Below, in pieces: positions 24,278-37,674 of a DNA stretch of 64,000 bases. The position numbers and the translations under genes were made by a program. Under the pieces are notes generated by a model that saw only the letters and a program-made list of their open reading frames with translations, did no database searches and was not told the DNA's origin. The DNA comes from Antechinus flavipes (taxonomy: Eukaryota): assembly GCF_016432865.1 (NCBI RefSeq), contig NC_067400.1, positions 333,126,001 through 333,190,000 on the forward strand, written 5' to 3'. Positions within the stretch are counted from its first letter, which is position 1; each line of letters starts with the position of its first letter.

Positions 24278-24450
24278 CAGTGGTTTCCAAACTTTTTTGA
24301 TCATTCCCCCCTATCAGTCACAATGTTTTAAGCACATTCCCACCCATATAGGATTATTTACTTATGCTATATTTTCTTAATACCATTATATATTGTTAAA
24401 CTTTCACAAAATAGAAAAATTTTAAAGTGAGATAATGATGAAATAATATT
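24278..24450. mobile_element. hAT-Charlie-type DNA transposon fragment
   Basis: Starts with a Charlie-like TIR, cagtggtttccaaacttttt; the second TIR is not seen. Confidence 0.55.
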
Positions 24451-24469
24451 TCTTCATAGAATCATTATA

Positions 24470-25240
24470 AATAGGAGCTTACTAAGTAGAAAAGTAATAT
24501 TGTTAGTTTTGTGCTTTAGGAAAATTACTTTGGCAGTTGGATTAGAATGAGAAAAACCTTAAGGCAGGGAGGAGAAAAGATGTTACAAGCCTGCACTAGA
24601 GTAGTAACTTGATTAGTAAAGGAAAGATGGCACATGGAGGTGTTATTGAAGCATGAAAAACAAAAACTGGCAATTGACTGGGCATGTGGAGTCAAAGAGA
24701 AACATGGACTGAAAGGAGAAAAGTAATGGGGGCATGTTTAGTTTGAGATGCTTATGGGAAATCCATATTGCAAACAGTTCATAATATAGATTTGGAATTC
24801 AAGAACAAGATTAGGATTAGATAACAGATTTTTGAGTCATTTTACATAACAATGATAATTGAATCCATGGGAATTGATGAAAATTCGAAACAAGAATGTT
24901 CAGAACTTTGGGGAAAATCCACAGTTGGAAAATATAACACTTTTTATCATCCAGAATGGGGAATGAGAAGTCAACAGAGCTGAGACAGTAGGTATTCAGG
25001 AGAGGATATCCAATGGTGACAAATCTTGCACAGCTATCAAGAAGGATAAAAATCGAGAAAAGTTCATTCACTTTAGAAAATGAGATCACTGGTGATGTTA
25101 AAGAATTATATGCAGAATCAAAAATAATTAGAAGGTCAAGGATCTGGGAGAATGGAAGGATGTTGATGGCTTTACCAAAAGCAGGAAAGTTTTTAGATGC
25201 TTTATTTGGGGAAGGGGAGGGAGAGAAAAGATATTGTAAT
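24470..25240 (-). mobile_element. L2 LINE fragment
   Basis: Purine-rich antisense L2 blocks (gtttgagatgcttatgggaaatcc; ggaattgatgaaa...; cattcactttagaaaatgagatcactggtga). Confidence 0.7.
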
Positions 25241-25261
25241 AACAACCTATTTATGCTGATT

Positions 25262-25450
25262 CATCTTTTTTTTTACTTAATAGGATTTTTTCCAATTATA
25301 GGCAAATATAATTTTCAGCATTCATTTTTATAAAATTTTGAGTTCCAAATTTTTCTGCCTCCTTCCTTTCCCTCCCCCCCTCCTAGATAGGAAACAATCT
25401 AATATATTTTACATATATAATCATGTTAAACATTTCCACATTATATGCTA
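25262..25450 (-). mobile_element. L1 3' terminal fragment
   Basis: Poly(T) then aaattttgagttccaaatttttctgcctccttcc. Confidence 0.75.
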
Positions 25451-28400
25451 ACTCATACTAATCATTCTTTTCTACCAAAAAAAAAAAATGAAAAGTATAT
25501 TGTAAGGAATGGAGATGGGGGAGGATGTTGGCTAAAGAGGTAATGTTCCCTGTATAGCTGCTACAGGTGCTTGTGTCAGTTATAATTACAAATTTTTTTG
25601 ATTGCCTTCCTCCTCTCCCACCCCAAGTAGGCACCTAGGAGATCAGAAAGGGGAAGGAATGGAGGGAGAATATTGAAGGAAGTAATATAACCAGTTGTGT
25701 TGGAGACATTCCCCCAAATTCCATCTTTCCATCCTCTGACTGGCTAATCACACATACTTCAGACCTTACTTTAGAGACTGATTTAATAGAATCACAGTCA
25801 TAAATACAAAGATAGAAGGGACCCTTGAGATCATAATCTATAAACACGCCCATATTTTGTAGAATAGGAAACTGAGAAAATAGTTAACCTAAACTTCATT
25901 CAAAATAGCTCAAGGCATTATTATAAAGTAGGACCACCTGTATTTTTAGAAATTTTCCATTCTGACAGAGCAATGAAAAGAGTGCTGGATTTGGAATCAG
26001 GGAAATTAGGTTTACATTTTCCTTTGTCACTCCATTATTACTTGTGTCACCTTATGCAAGTAAGTCAACTTTTCCAAGCTTCATTTTCCTCACATGTAAA
26101 ATGAGTGGGTTAGGGTAAATGTTCTTTAAAGTCCTTTCCAGTTCTAAAACTAGGATCTCATGAGCTTTTGAGTGCCCTTCTTATTTCTGGCCATGTGTCC
26201 TACTGCTGTCATTATCAGTATAGGTAAATAGTATCCTCGTTATAGTGCCCAAATTGAGTTACCTTTCTTGATCAGCACCTCCTAATCTGAATTTTTCTCT
26301 TTTCTTTTGATAAAAAATGTAATTATATTATGCTCCTCCCCCTCATGCATCTTTTAGGTTTGGCTGGATAATTAAATCAATAGACTCACAAAAAAAAAAA
26401 ATGATAATGCCTGAAGGAACTAGTAAAAGATGATTCCACAAAAAACAAAGATGAAGAGAAATAAGACTATAATCAATTGTGACATAAAAATCTCTAGTGG
26501 TCATAGTAATCCACAAGCTAAACATTCACCAAAGTGATGTGGTAGCTTTTAAAAAAATATTGAATATGAGAATGATAACCACAAGTATAATATATAAGAA
26601 ACATGGCTATATCACTGTGACCTTGAGAAACTATTGTCTCATCCATTGTTTTGTCTTCTTTTTCTAGATTTTTTAAGTGTTTTAAGGTTGTCCTTTATTT
26701 GGATTGTTTTGTCTTCTTTTTTAAAAAATACTCAAAAATTCTATTTCTAGTAGATGCTGAAGACTTTTAGGTCCTGCTGATAGAGTCATAGCAGACTGTG
26801 CTGTAGTTTAATGGGTTGAATTACAAAATGTGGAGTTTGGAGGTTAGTTGTTTTTTGTTTGGTTATTATTTTTTTGGTACTCCAAGGGCAGTTCTAGTAG
26901 CTACTTATTTCCAAGTGAATGGTGGTCTAATTTATTACAGCAAAAGCCTGCAGTTATAGTGCCTTTAGGCATAGATAATTAAAAGAGTCCAAAGTTAAGA
27001 AATTATTCAGAATGGAACCTTTAAATGAAATAATTGGGATTTAGATTACAGATCTCTGGAAGTGATAAGTAAATAAAGACTACTATGGACAAATTTAACT
27101 AAATAGAAACCTTAGCTTTTAGTACTGTACGAAAATAATTTGTAATCAATCTCTACTAAATTTTCATGGAAACTTACTTAGATATATTTCCTGCATTCAG
27201 AACCTTTCTTAGGCTATGTTTACTCTAGACTTTCTTGAGAGTTCTCAGTTATATCTAATTCATAGATACATACATACACACATACATATATCCATAAACA
27301 TAGGTACATACATATATTCATATTATATAGATTTCTCTATACTAGATAGTTTGCTCATCTTTCAGCTAAGAGGAAGCACTAAACAACATTTCTCTCTAGT
27401 TGCCATCACTGTTAACCTCTGCTTTACCACAATTGAGAATTGTGGAATCAACTTTGATTAGATTCTTCAGAGATGAAGATAGCATTTTTATTCCTTTTAT
27501 GAATGTTTTGATTGGATTATGCACCCAATAAACTTCCTTTGTCAGCTGTTGTTCGTCTTTTACCTACTTATTTACCAAACATGGTAAATAAGGTCTCCGT
27601 TTGAGTTTTTTTTTTTTTTTATTAGTACTCATATTCTTTGATCTGCCCTCTCCCCCTTTCACAGAGGAAGAGAGAATAAGATTCCAGACAGTTTTTCTAT
27701 TTATTATTCTTTCTTATCTCTCTAAAATTATATGAAATCTATCTTCTAAATAGATTATTAATAAATGAGATGACAACTTATGTTTCTCTTTAAGCTGTTT
27801 TCCCTCCTGTCTAATGAATAGCTGATTAGCATTGGAAGGGTGGATTTAAGTAAAGTCTTCACTTTGTTGGCCCAACCACTAATAGCAGCCATTTAAAAGA
27901 TGCTTTCCTAGCCTTTTCTAAAAGGGTATAAACCTTTTCCCCTTCACTAAGCAATTTTAAAACTTCTTTTAAATCAGATAGTTCCTTCCTCATAGAGCCA
28001 TTTAGAGAGAAAATTTGGTTTAAAAACTTAATTTGGTGCCCATCTACTTAGTAACAATGGAAAAAATTAGGGGTAAATGAAGTATTTGTAAATGATAATA
28101 ATTAAAACCTCCCCATTGGCAGAAGCATCATGGTAAAGTATGCTTGGAAAAAAAGAAGACCTGCCTTGGAATCTTTTCCCTGACCTGTGTAGTTATATAT
28201 CTATCATCTTTTTAATGTCCAGACAACGCTAAAATTTTAAGTTTCAGAAAAAACAAAACAAAACAAAACAAAAAAAAAAAACAGTCTTCTTGGAAGACAG
28301 CTTCCCAGGCATCAATGAAATAAAGCATCAGGAGCAAAAAAGGAAAATGAAACATCTACCCGGTGAAACAGAGGTGCCCTGTTGCTCCATTTTGGTAGTA

Positions 28401-28619
28401 TGCTATGAGGCTGGGGTACTTCTTGCCTTCTTGAGGGAGTGCTTAAACTTAATCACTTAGAACTGAAACTTAATCACTGTATTTACAAAGTCATTGATTC
28501 CCTTTACAAAATGTTATTCTAGTGAATTTGCTATGTCTATATAGTAACCACTAATTTGGCTTCATAGTCCAGAAAGACAAATTCAAGAGTTTTTGAAGTC
28601 TTAACAATAACAACAATAA

Positions 28620-29215
28620 AAACAGCAGCTCATGCTTATTATGTACCAAGTGCTGTGCCAAGCACTTTGCATTTATTATCTTATTTAATTCTAAAAACAA
28701 TCCTATGAGTTAGGTCCTTTTGTTATACCCACTTTACAGATGAAACTACTGAGAGACAAAACTAATAAATGTCTGAAGCAAAATTTGAACTCAGTTCTTC
28801 TGAATCTAAGCTCAATCGTCTATCCATTGAGTCCCTTAGATGTCCCAACATTTATATAACCCCAATATTTCTATATTTATGTTTGTGTTAGGCACTGTGA
28901 TAAGAATTTTAATATTTTATTTTATTTGATCATCACAATGGCCCTAAGAGATAGGTGTTATTATTATCCCCACTTTATAGGTGAATAAACTGAGACTAGG
29001 CTTAAATTATTTGACCAAGATCACCTAGCTAGTAAGTGTCTGAGCTATATAATCTAGGAAAATAATTTAGCAACTATCTTTCTCAATTTCCCCAATAGTA
29101 AAATAAGAGATAACAATAGCACCTATGTCATTAGATTGCTGTGATATAAAATCATATTTATAAAGTAGTTTATCAACTACTGGAACATAGTAGGTGTTAT
29201 AAATGTTTGTTTCCT
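28620..29215. mobile_element. Cluster of MIR fragments (both orientations)
   Basis: Minus-strand cores at about 28730 (ccactttacagatgaaactactgag) and 28970 (ccactttataggtgaataaactgag); plus-strand tail at about 29090-29210. Confidence 0.7.
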
Positions 29216-29299
29216 TCCTTCTTTCCTTTTTGTCAGATGTGGAATTTCATCAGCTTTGAGAGCTCCTGCTAAAGAAATTCCCAAATCAATAAAGATCAA

Positions 29300-29662
29300 T
29301 TTTTTTTATTTAATAGTTTTTTTTTTTTTACTTTCAAAATACATGCAAAGATAGTTTTCAAGATTCATCTTGCAAAAACTTGCGTTCCAGATTTTTCTTC
29401 CTCCCTTCTCCCCATCCCCTTACCCTAGAGAACAAGTAATTCAATATAGGTTAAACATTCAATCCTTCTAAACATATTTCCACATTTATCATGCTGAACA
29501 TGAAACAAACAAACAAACAAAAAAAAAAAAAACAAGCAAACAACAATAAAAAAGGTGAAAATACTATGTTGTGATCCACATTCAGTCCCAATAGTCCCCT
29601 CTTTGATTGCACATGGCTCTCTCCATCACAAATCTATTGGAATTGGCCTGAATCACATCAAT
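29300..29662 (-). mobile_element. L1 3' UTR fragment
   Basis: Same antisense L1 3' blocks as 511-900 (aaaatacatgcaaagatagttttcaa; tggctctctccatcacaaatctattggaattggcctgaatcac). Confidence 0.85.
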
Positions 29663-31254
29663 GAAGATCATTAAATATTCTACAATTTATACTGTCTTAG
29701 TGATGCCAGACCCAGGATCATATAGTATGTATCAAAGGCAAGATGTAGGCCCACTTTGTACTGGCTCTAACATTATCTGAACTTGTAACTCTTTCCATTA
29801 CTCCATGCTATTTCTCTTGAATACCTATTATTTTAATAGGACCTATGGTTCCATTGATAGAATTTCCAGAGAGAAAGTACCTTTAAGAAATGCTTATTAG
29901 TAACTGGTGGGCAATTTTTATAGTCTTGGAATATTGGGTGAGGATACTGAGAAATTCTGACTTTGTCAGGGTCACATAAGCAATATGTCAGAGATGGCCC
30001 AAACCTTTAACTCCAAGGCATCTTGCTATCCACTATCCCATACTTTCTCTGTTCTTTTGAGTATCTTAATATCCATCTTAACATCCTATGATCCAATAAC
30101 TGGGTCTATGTATATTTTCAACTTTGAAAATAGTTTAGGAGTATTGTGGAGGAACCGACACAACCTATCATTTTATTTTATTCACTAAGTATTTGTTAAT
30201 TAGAAATCTTGGCTAATAAATTTCTACCATCCCCAGAGAAATTCTTTGTGTCATGTCTCAATAATTAGCATGTATGAGAGTTAAAGGTAGTTTTTTTTTT
30301 TTCTCTTTAAAATGAATTTCCACAGAATTCACCTCAGTCTTTTATTAAAGTCCCACCTCTCCTGTCACTTCTATCCTGGAACAAAGCGCTAGGAAAGAAC
30401 TGAATGTGACTATCTAGAGATTTTTCATTTCTCTCAGTTGTCAAAAATAGCTATTTAAATGATTATGATTTTCTAAAACTTTGTCATTAAAAATCCTTGT
30501 CTAAAGTCCTGTATAACTTAGTACTTTTAAAATTAGTCCAGAGGCCTTGGATTACCTTTCAGAAAACTTTCCCTCAAACCCTTCCTCAAATGTAATCACA
30601 TTACAGGTTTATGTTAATGGCCAGGTCCAATTACTTTTACATTCTTCTCAGTTTAGAGCCAGTTGACCAAATATAGTGAATTTTTCATTCAGGTTGATTA
30701 ATTTCATTTAAAATCTGTTTCAAGGTGACTGTTTTCTCTTGCCTAGTTCTCATAATTGTGGACTGATTTGCAAGGCAATTCAGTAAAACTTGACTTTGAA
30801 ATATTTCTTTCATCTACTCTCTGTTTTCCATTTTCTTCACCCCTGTGACATCTCCTTTTTTCCCCTCATGTAGTTAGTACCCTCTCATTTTCCTCTCCCT
30901 TATCTCTCTCTGATATAAAAATCTATTCAAAAGAGTTTGTTATCAATCTTGTCCTTGGTTCTTCTGGTCTGATAGAGGAGTTTTCACATTAGCATGTCAG
31001 GTTCCAAGAGCTTCAAGTGGCATTGAAGCCCATATCTACATCATGCCTTCTGCTCTCCTCTCATCTTCATCTCTTTTCCACCAGAACCTTAGAATGTCCC
31101 TGGATTATATGATTTCTTACAAGGTATCTCCTGGAATCCACCTTGTGCTATGTTTTCTGTCTAGGACAACAATTCTTTAACATAAAATCCACTAACTTGT
31201 TTTTTAAATTATCCTGAAAACTATAATCCAAAATAATTGATTTCCTTCAAAATT

Positions 31255-31375
31255 CTATGCATTTTATTTTATGCTTTAAAAATAGTGCTTTGAGAAAAGG
31301 TCCATAGGCTTTGCTAGTCTCCCAAGGGAACGTATAACACAAAAAAAGGTTAAATAACCTTTGATATCAAATAAA
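31255..31375. mobile_element. hAT/MER-type DNA transposon fragment
   Basis: atgcattttattttatgctttaaaaatagtgctttgagaaaaggtccataggc...acacaaaaaaaggttaa resembles MER5/Charlie-family termini; reverse-related fragments occur at about 35625-35745 and 50590-50735. Confidence 0.55.
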
Positions 31376-32952
31376 TAACCTTTGATACCACCAGATTCTG
31401 TCACAACAAATTTATTTGCTATGACTAATCTGTCCTGAGATTTTGGTTATATGGTTTATCTCATTTTTCTGGAGAGTTCTAAATCATATTTTGTTTTCAT
31501 ATAAGAAAGGAATTATTTTGTATTAATTTTATTGATACCTTTTTAGTTTTTTTACTCATCTCTCCCCTTCCTTAACCAATTAGTCATTCCATATAACAAA
31601 GAGGAAATAAATGCAGTTCAATAAGATTAGTCCTTCCATTAACTATGTTTGACAGTATATGCATCATAGTTAACTATGATTTTGAAGTAAAATAGTGATT
31701 CATTTTGTGAAGTGAACAATCCTTTTAAAGCCAAATAAAGTATTGTTGTGGATTACTAGAGAAGAAAGGAAAGACTCTTATCTATGCAGGATATAATAAC
31801 TTCAAGGCATAGAGAAAAGAAGAAACTAGGTGCCTTAGAGCTTGAAAAGTGAAGTCTGTGAGTGGCGATGGACAGTACAGAATTCAAAACAGGAAAAAGA
31901 ATGAAGAAATACATTTTATAATTCATTCTTATAGCCCATGTGTTTCATAGACAGGCTTTATTCTTCAACAGAATACCTAAAATTATATATGATCATACTC
32001 AATTCCTAGAATAATGAGAATTTTGGATTTACTTCTATTCCTACTATCATTTTTGGTTAACTAAAAGCCTGTCTTTTGTTAATATTAACTTCTTCTTGAG
32101 AAGCAAAAATTTATTTAAGGCCTTAAACATTCCTTAGATAAGAAACCAGAAGAAAAATATCAACTGACCTTGATTCTTTGTCAACAGATAAATCTTCCCC
32201 TTCAATTACCTTTTCTGTGACCCTCTATATACAGCTTAATTTATAACCTTAGTTTACCTATAGTGTTGACAAAGTTTGTTTCCTTAGGGATGTATGACTT
32301 TAACTAGTTTGTTTAAATTTAATGAAGAAAATATACTATTATGGACATACTTTTTTACAAATTTTTATGTCCCAAGAAAAATGTATGACTATAATATATA
32401 AAATAAATATTTCTCTTTTACACTGATATAATTTTACCTATAAGGAATATGGTTAGAATCCTAATAAATATTCATATTTTCTCTGAGACCTGAACCTATT
32501 CTCGAACATAATAATATAATATAGATTTTTACGTCTATAATTTCTGTGTAGTAAATCTATTTTGACAGCAGTTACCATAGCACGTGAAATCAAAAAAGAG
32601 CTATTTCTCCCATAACAATGATGATGTTGTAGAAGATAGCAAAGATAAAAGTGTTAGGGTATCTCAAGAGTTGTCTCCTCAAATAAACTTTTCTTATTTC
32701 TAGTTAATCTTTCCCACATCTCCCTGAAATTTACCATAGAATTTTGAATATATTAATAATGATTTCTGGATAATTACCAAGTGTCTTAAGAGATTGGAGG
32801 CAGAGAACTACCAGTGAAGCTGGGCCTTCATATCAGAAGCAGAGATACTGAGATCACAATCCTAGCTTACCTTATATTTCATTCAATCAATCAAATAAGC
32901 ATTTATTAAACACCTACTATATACCATACTCTACAGGAGAAAGATTCATTTT

Positions 32953-33850
32953 TAATATCTTTTTATTTTTCAAGATACATGCAAAGATAATTTTCAACAT
33001 TCATCCTTGCAAAAATTTTTGTTCCATATTGTTCTCTCTCCCTTCTTATCTTTCTCCTCCTATAGACAGCAAGTAATCCAATATAGTATTCTTATAAATT
33101 CTTCTAAACTTATTCCTACATTTATCATGCTGCACAAGAAAAATCAATTCAAAAAAAAATGAAAAAATGAGAAGAAAAACAGGCAAGCAAACAATCACAA
33201 CAACAAAAAAGATGAAAATACTATGTTATGATCCACATTCAATTTCCAGAGTCCTCTCTCTGGATGCAGATGGCTCTCTCTATCACAAGTATATTAAATT
33301 TGACCTGAACCACCTCATTGTTGAAAAGTGTTAAGTCCATCACAGTTGGTCATCACATAATCATTTTGTTGCCATGTACAATGATTTCCTGGTTCTGCTC
33401 ACTTCACTCAGCATCAGTTCATGTAAGTCTCTCCAAGCCTCTCTGTATTCATCCTGCTGGTCATTCCTTACAGAACAATAATATTTCATAACATTCATAT
33501 ACTGTCAGTCATCCAGCCATTCTCCAACTGATGGGCATCCACTCAGTTTCCAGTTTTTTGCCACTACAAAAAAAGGCTACTACAAACATTTTTGCACATA
33601 GAGGTCCTTTTCCATTTTTTTTTTTTGATGTCTTTGGGGATATAGACCCAGTAGTAACACTGCTGTATCAAAGGGTATGCTCAGTTTGACAACGCTCTGT
33701 GTAATGTTCTATATTGCTCTCCAGAATGGTTTTATCAGTTCACAACTCCACCAACAATGCATTAGTGTCCCAGTTTTCCCATATTTCCTTTACCATTTAT
33801 CATTATCTTTTCCTGTCATTTTAGCTAATCTGAGTGGTATGAAGTGGTAT
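32953..33850 (-). mobile_element. 5'-truncated L1 (about 0.9 kb) with perfect 14-bp TSD
   Basis: TSD gaaagattcatttt at 32939-32952 and 33851-33864, followed by aa (TTTT/AA endonuclease site). Confidence 0.95.
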
Positions 33851-35029
33851 GAAAGATTCATTTTAAAAGGCCCAGCAGTCTCAGCTCTGAGGAGAACTAG
33901 ATTTTGAGCCTAAGTAAAATACTTCATTGCTTTTAGTCTCACCAGGATATTAATTTGCAGAAGCATTATCTTTCTGCAATGAAAAACGGGATTCCTCACC
34001 AGGAATACCTACACCAGTAAAATCACAAGTCGAATCTCCTCCAATTCTACTAAATAAAACCCCACTTAAAAAAATAGTAAAAATAGTAAAAAAAAAAAAA
34101 AAATGAGAAGAAAAACAGGCAAGCAAACAATCACAACAACAAAAAAGATGAAAATACTATGTTATGATCCACATTCAATTTCCAGAGTCCTCTCTCTGGA
34201 TGCAGATGGCTCTCTCTATCACAAGTATATTAAATTTGACCTGAACCACCTCATTGTTGAAAAGTGTTAAGTCCATCACAGTTGGTCATCACATAATCAT
34301 TTTGTTGCCATGTACAATGATTTCCTGGTTCTGCTCACTTCACTCAGCATCAGTTCATGTAAGTCTCTCCAAGCCTCTCTGTATTCATCCTGCTGGTCAT
34401 TCCTTACAGAACAATAATATTTCATAACATTCATATACTGTCAGTCATCCAGCCATTCTCCAACTGATGGGCATCCACTCAGTTTCCAGTTTTTTGCCAC
34501 TACAAAAAAAGGCTACTACAAACATTTTTGCACATAGAGGTCCTTTTCCATTTTTTTTTTGATGTCTTTGGGGATATAGACCCAGTAGTAACACTGCTGT
34601 ATCAAAGGGTATGCTCAGTTTGACAACGCTTTGTGTAATGTTCTATATTGCTCTCCAGAATGGTTTTATCAGTTCACAACTCCACCAACAATGCATTAGT
34701 GTCCCAGTTTTCCCATATTTCCTTTACCATTTATCATTATCTTTTCCTGTCATTTTAGCTAATCTGAGTGGTATGAAGTGGTATGAAAGATTCATTTTAA
34801 AAGGCCTAGCATTCTCAGCTCTGAGGAGAACTAGATTTTGAGCCTAAGTAAAATACTTCATTGCTTTTAGTCTCACCAGGATATTAATTTGCAGAAGCAT
34901 TATCTTTCTGCAATGAAAAACGGGATTCCTCACCAGGAATACCTACACCAGTAAAATCACAAGTCGAATCTCCTCCAATTCTACTAAATAAAATCCCACT
35001 TAAAAAATAGTAAAAATAGTAAAAAAAAA
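33162..35029. repeat. About 934-bp direct tandem duplication (two copies)
   Basis: Copies at about 33162-34095 and 34096-35029. By eye: 4 substitutions plus 2 homopolymer length differences. The near-identical ORFs 33677-33907 and 34611-34841 are offset by 934. Confidence 0.95.
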
Positions 35030-35752
35030 TAGTACTTTAGGAAATCATAGATCATAGAGCCAGATTATTTTTTTATTTGTGCTTCCCACAATTCCCTTGG
35101 TTTTCTGGAATCACTATGAAGAAATCCAACAAATCTGGCAATAATTTTCAAGCAACATAGCTTCTGCTAACAATTATCCTATGAACAAAGACACATCTAG
35201 CCTACTTAAGACGAAAATACCACTTAAGCCTAGGCATTTGCATTCAAACAATGGATATGCTAATTAACACATTAATAGGTAATATTCTTACCTACTCATT
35301 AAAGATTTTACTAGATTCTCAAAGACCCATCAGCTAACCTCCTTGGTTCCTATCTATTGTGCTCTGTTCATAGTTAGAAAGTAATTACTTGGTGAAAAAA
35401 AATAGCAGAAAACCAAATACTCCCTGATAAAAATGCAAGAACTCTAGATTTTCCTTCTTCCATATTTTTCAATGAGTCATATAAAAAAAGCATAGTAGGA
35501 ATGTGTACCTTTCTTTGTATCCCAGGTACATTGTTTATTGTCTGATAGATAGAAAACACTTAATGAATGCTTGTTGACTTGGCTTTAAATAGTTTTGAAG
35601 AAAATGTTTTAAATTTTTTTCTGTGTCATGGACAGTCTAATGAAATCTATAGAAGCCATTTTCAATTTTTTTAAAAATCATAATTGAAAGAAAAATAATA
35701 TTTCAGTGAGACTACTCAAAATGAAAACATAATTTCCCCATCCAAGTTGATG

Positions 35753-36272
35753 TGTTGAACCCTCGATAATAAGCTAAAGACTCCCTCCCTTCCTTGCCAT
35801 TAGTACTAAGAATATTGAGTTTAAAAAAGAGCCCAAGAAAAACCTTGGAGCTCCGACCCTCTTTACCATTGTGTCATAAATGCTCAGATGCATTATCTCA
35901 ATCCTTGCTAGGATAATTACCCCCCTTTTGAGTATTGCTTTACACCACATTGTCTCCCATTCTTGACCTTCTTAACTTGACCCCTATCCTGTGAGGATTA
36001 AGTTATGATCCTTTCCTGGAATTATGGCTTGTCTGTCCTCTCAGTGTCCTTTCCTCCCTTACCTGCCTTTGTTTCCCCTATAAGACTGTATATACTCTGG
36101 TTATGTATACAGTTTGCAAACCCTAGTTAGCTAAAACCCTATATAAGTTCTCTGTCTTGGTTTATCTGCATTGAATGCTTTGGAAGTATATTTCCATTTG
36201 GTCAGTTTGGGTAAACTCCATATTAAAGATTAAAAACGAATCTCTACTTACCTCAGTTTCTCTGGTATTACA
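35753..36272 (+). mobile_element. Solo ERV LTR (520 bp) with 4-bp TSD
   Basis: TG...CA termini (tgttgaac...ggtattaca), TSD gatg at 35749-35752 and 36273-36276, TATA-like ctatataag near 36140, attaaa signals near 36222-36235. A 4-bp TSD is typical of ERV1/gamma-like integrases. Confidence 0.85.
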
Positions 36273-36324
36273 GATGTATCTTCTGAAATCTGGCTCAGAA
36301 CCCAGGCTAGGGTAATAGAATATT

Positions 36325-36700
36325 ATTGTTCTTTAAGAAATGATGAACAAGCTGATTATTAAAAGCCCTGGAAAGATTTACATGAACTGATGCTGATAGA
36401 AACAAGCAGAATCAAGAATATATTGTACACATGTGTGAAGATGAACTATGAAAGGGTTGGTTCTTCTCAATGGTTCAGTGATCCAAAGCAATCCTAGTAG
36501 ACTTTGAACAGAAAATGCCACCTGAATTCAGAAAAAGAACTAACAGGACTAAGTATAAATCAACACATCTATGTTCACTTCTTTTTTTCTGTTTTTTTTT
36601 TTTTTTGTCTCTCCCATTTTTCCCTTTTGCTCTGATTTTTCTCTCCCAACATGATTCATGAAGCAACGTGTATTAAAAATAAATAAAATTACTACAAAAA
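36325..36700 (+). mobile_element. L1 3' fragment
   Basis: ttctttaagaaatgatgaacaagctgatt...gatttacatgaactgatgctga; ends aaataaataaaatt with an A-rich tail. Confidence 0.85.
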
Positions 36701-37018
36701 AAGAACCCAGGTGAGGAACTCTTGTTTTAAAAGGATGTAAAATTATACAGTTTGTGGGTGGGGAGGGAGATAAAATAAATGGACTATTCTTGTTTGCGAT
36801 GATTTTAGACCACCAGGAATCTAATCTAGCTAATATTTAGTAAGTGCCTCCTATGCACAAGAAACTATAGTAGGCACTAGAGATACAAATCTAAGGGGAA
36901 CCACAGCCTCTGCCTTCCAGGAATTTACTTAGGGGCAGTTACACCTGAAATCAAAAAGTCCTGAGTTTAAATTTGGCTTCTAACACTTTTTAGCTGAGTC
37001 ACTCTGGGCAAATCATTT

Positions 37019-37544
37019 TTAAATAGTATTTTATTTTTCCAGTTAGATAGTTTTCAACATTCATCCCTGCAAAACCTTGTGTTCCTAATTTTTCTCTCCC
37101 CCTATCCCCCCAGCAAACAATCCATTATAGGTTAAATGTGCAATTCTTCTAAATGTATTTCAAAATTTGTCATTCTGAGCAAGAAAAATCAGACCAAAAG
37201 GGGGAAAAAACATGAGAAAGGGAAAACAAATAAATAAAGAACAGCAACAACAAAAAGTGAAAATACGATATCCTTTGATCCACTTTCAGTCTTCACAGTT
37301 CTCTCTCTCTGGATGTGAATGACACTTTCCATTCCAAGTTTACTGGAATTGCCTTGGATCACCTCATTGTTGAAAATAGTCAAGTCCATCTCTATTGATC
37401 ATCACCTAATGATGATCCAGGCTTTTCTGAAATCATCTTCCCAATCATTTCTTATACAATGATAATATTCCATTACATTCATATACTGTAACTTATTCAG
37501 CCATTCCCCAGCTGATGGACATTCATTCAATTTCCAGTTCCTTT
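37019..37544 (-). mobile_element. L1 3' fragment inserted into a MIR-type SINE, 14-bp TSD
   Basis: TSD tgggcaaatcattt at 37005-37018 and 37545-37558 (then aa). The SINE continues as tgcctcagtttcttcatctgaaaaatgggg after the L1. Confidence 0.9.
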
Positions 37545-37674
37545 TGGGCAAATCATTTAACATTCTTTGCCTCAGTTTCTTCATCTGAAAAATGGGGATA
37601 ATAATAGAACCTACCTCCCATGGTTCAAATGAGATAATAATTGAAACACACTCAGAACTGTGTCTGGTATATGA

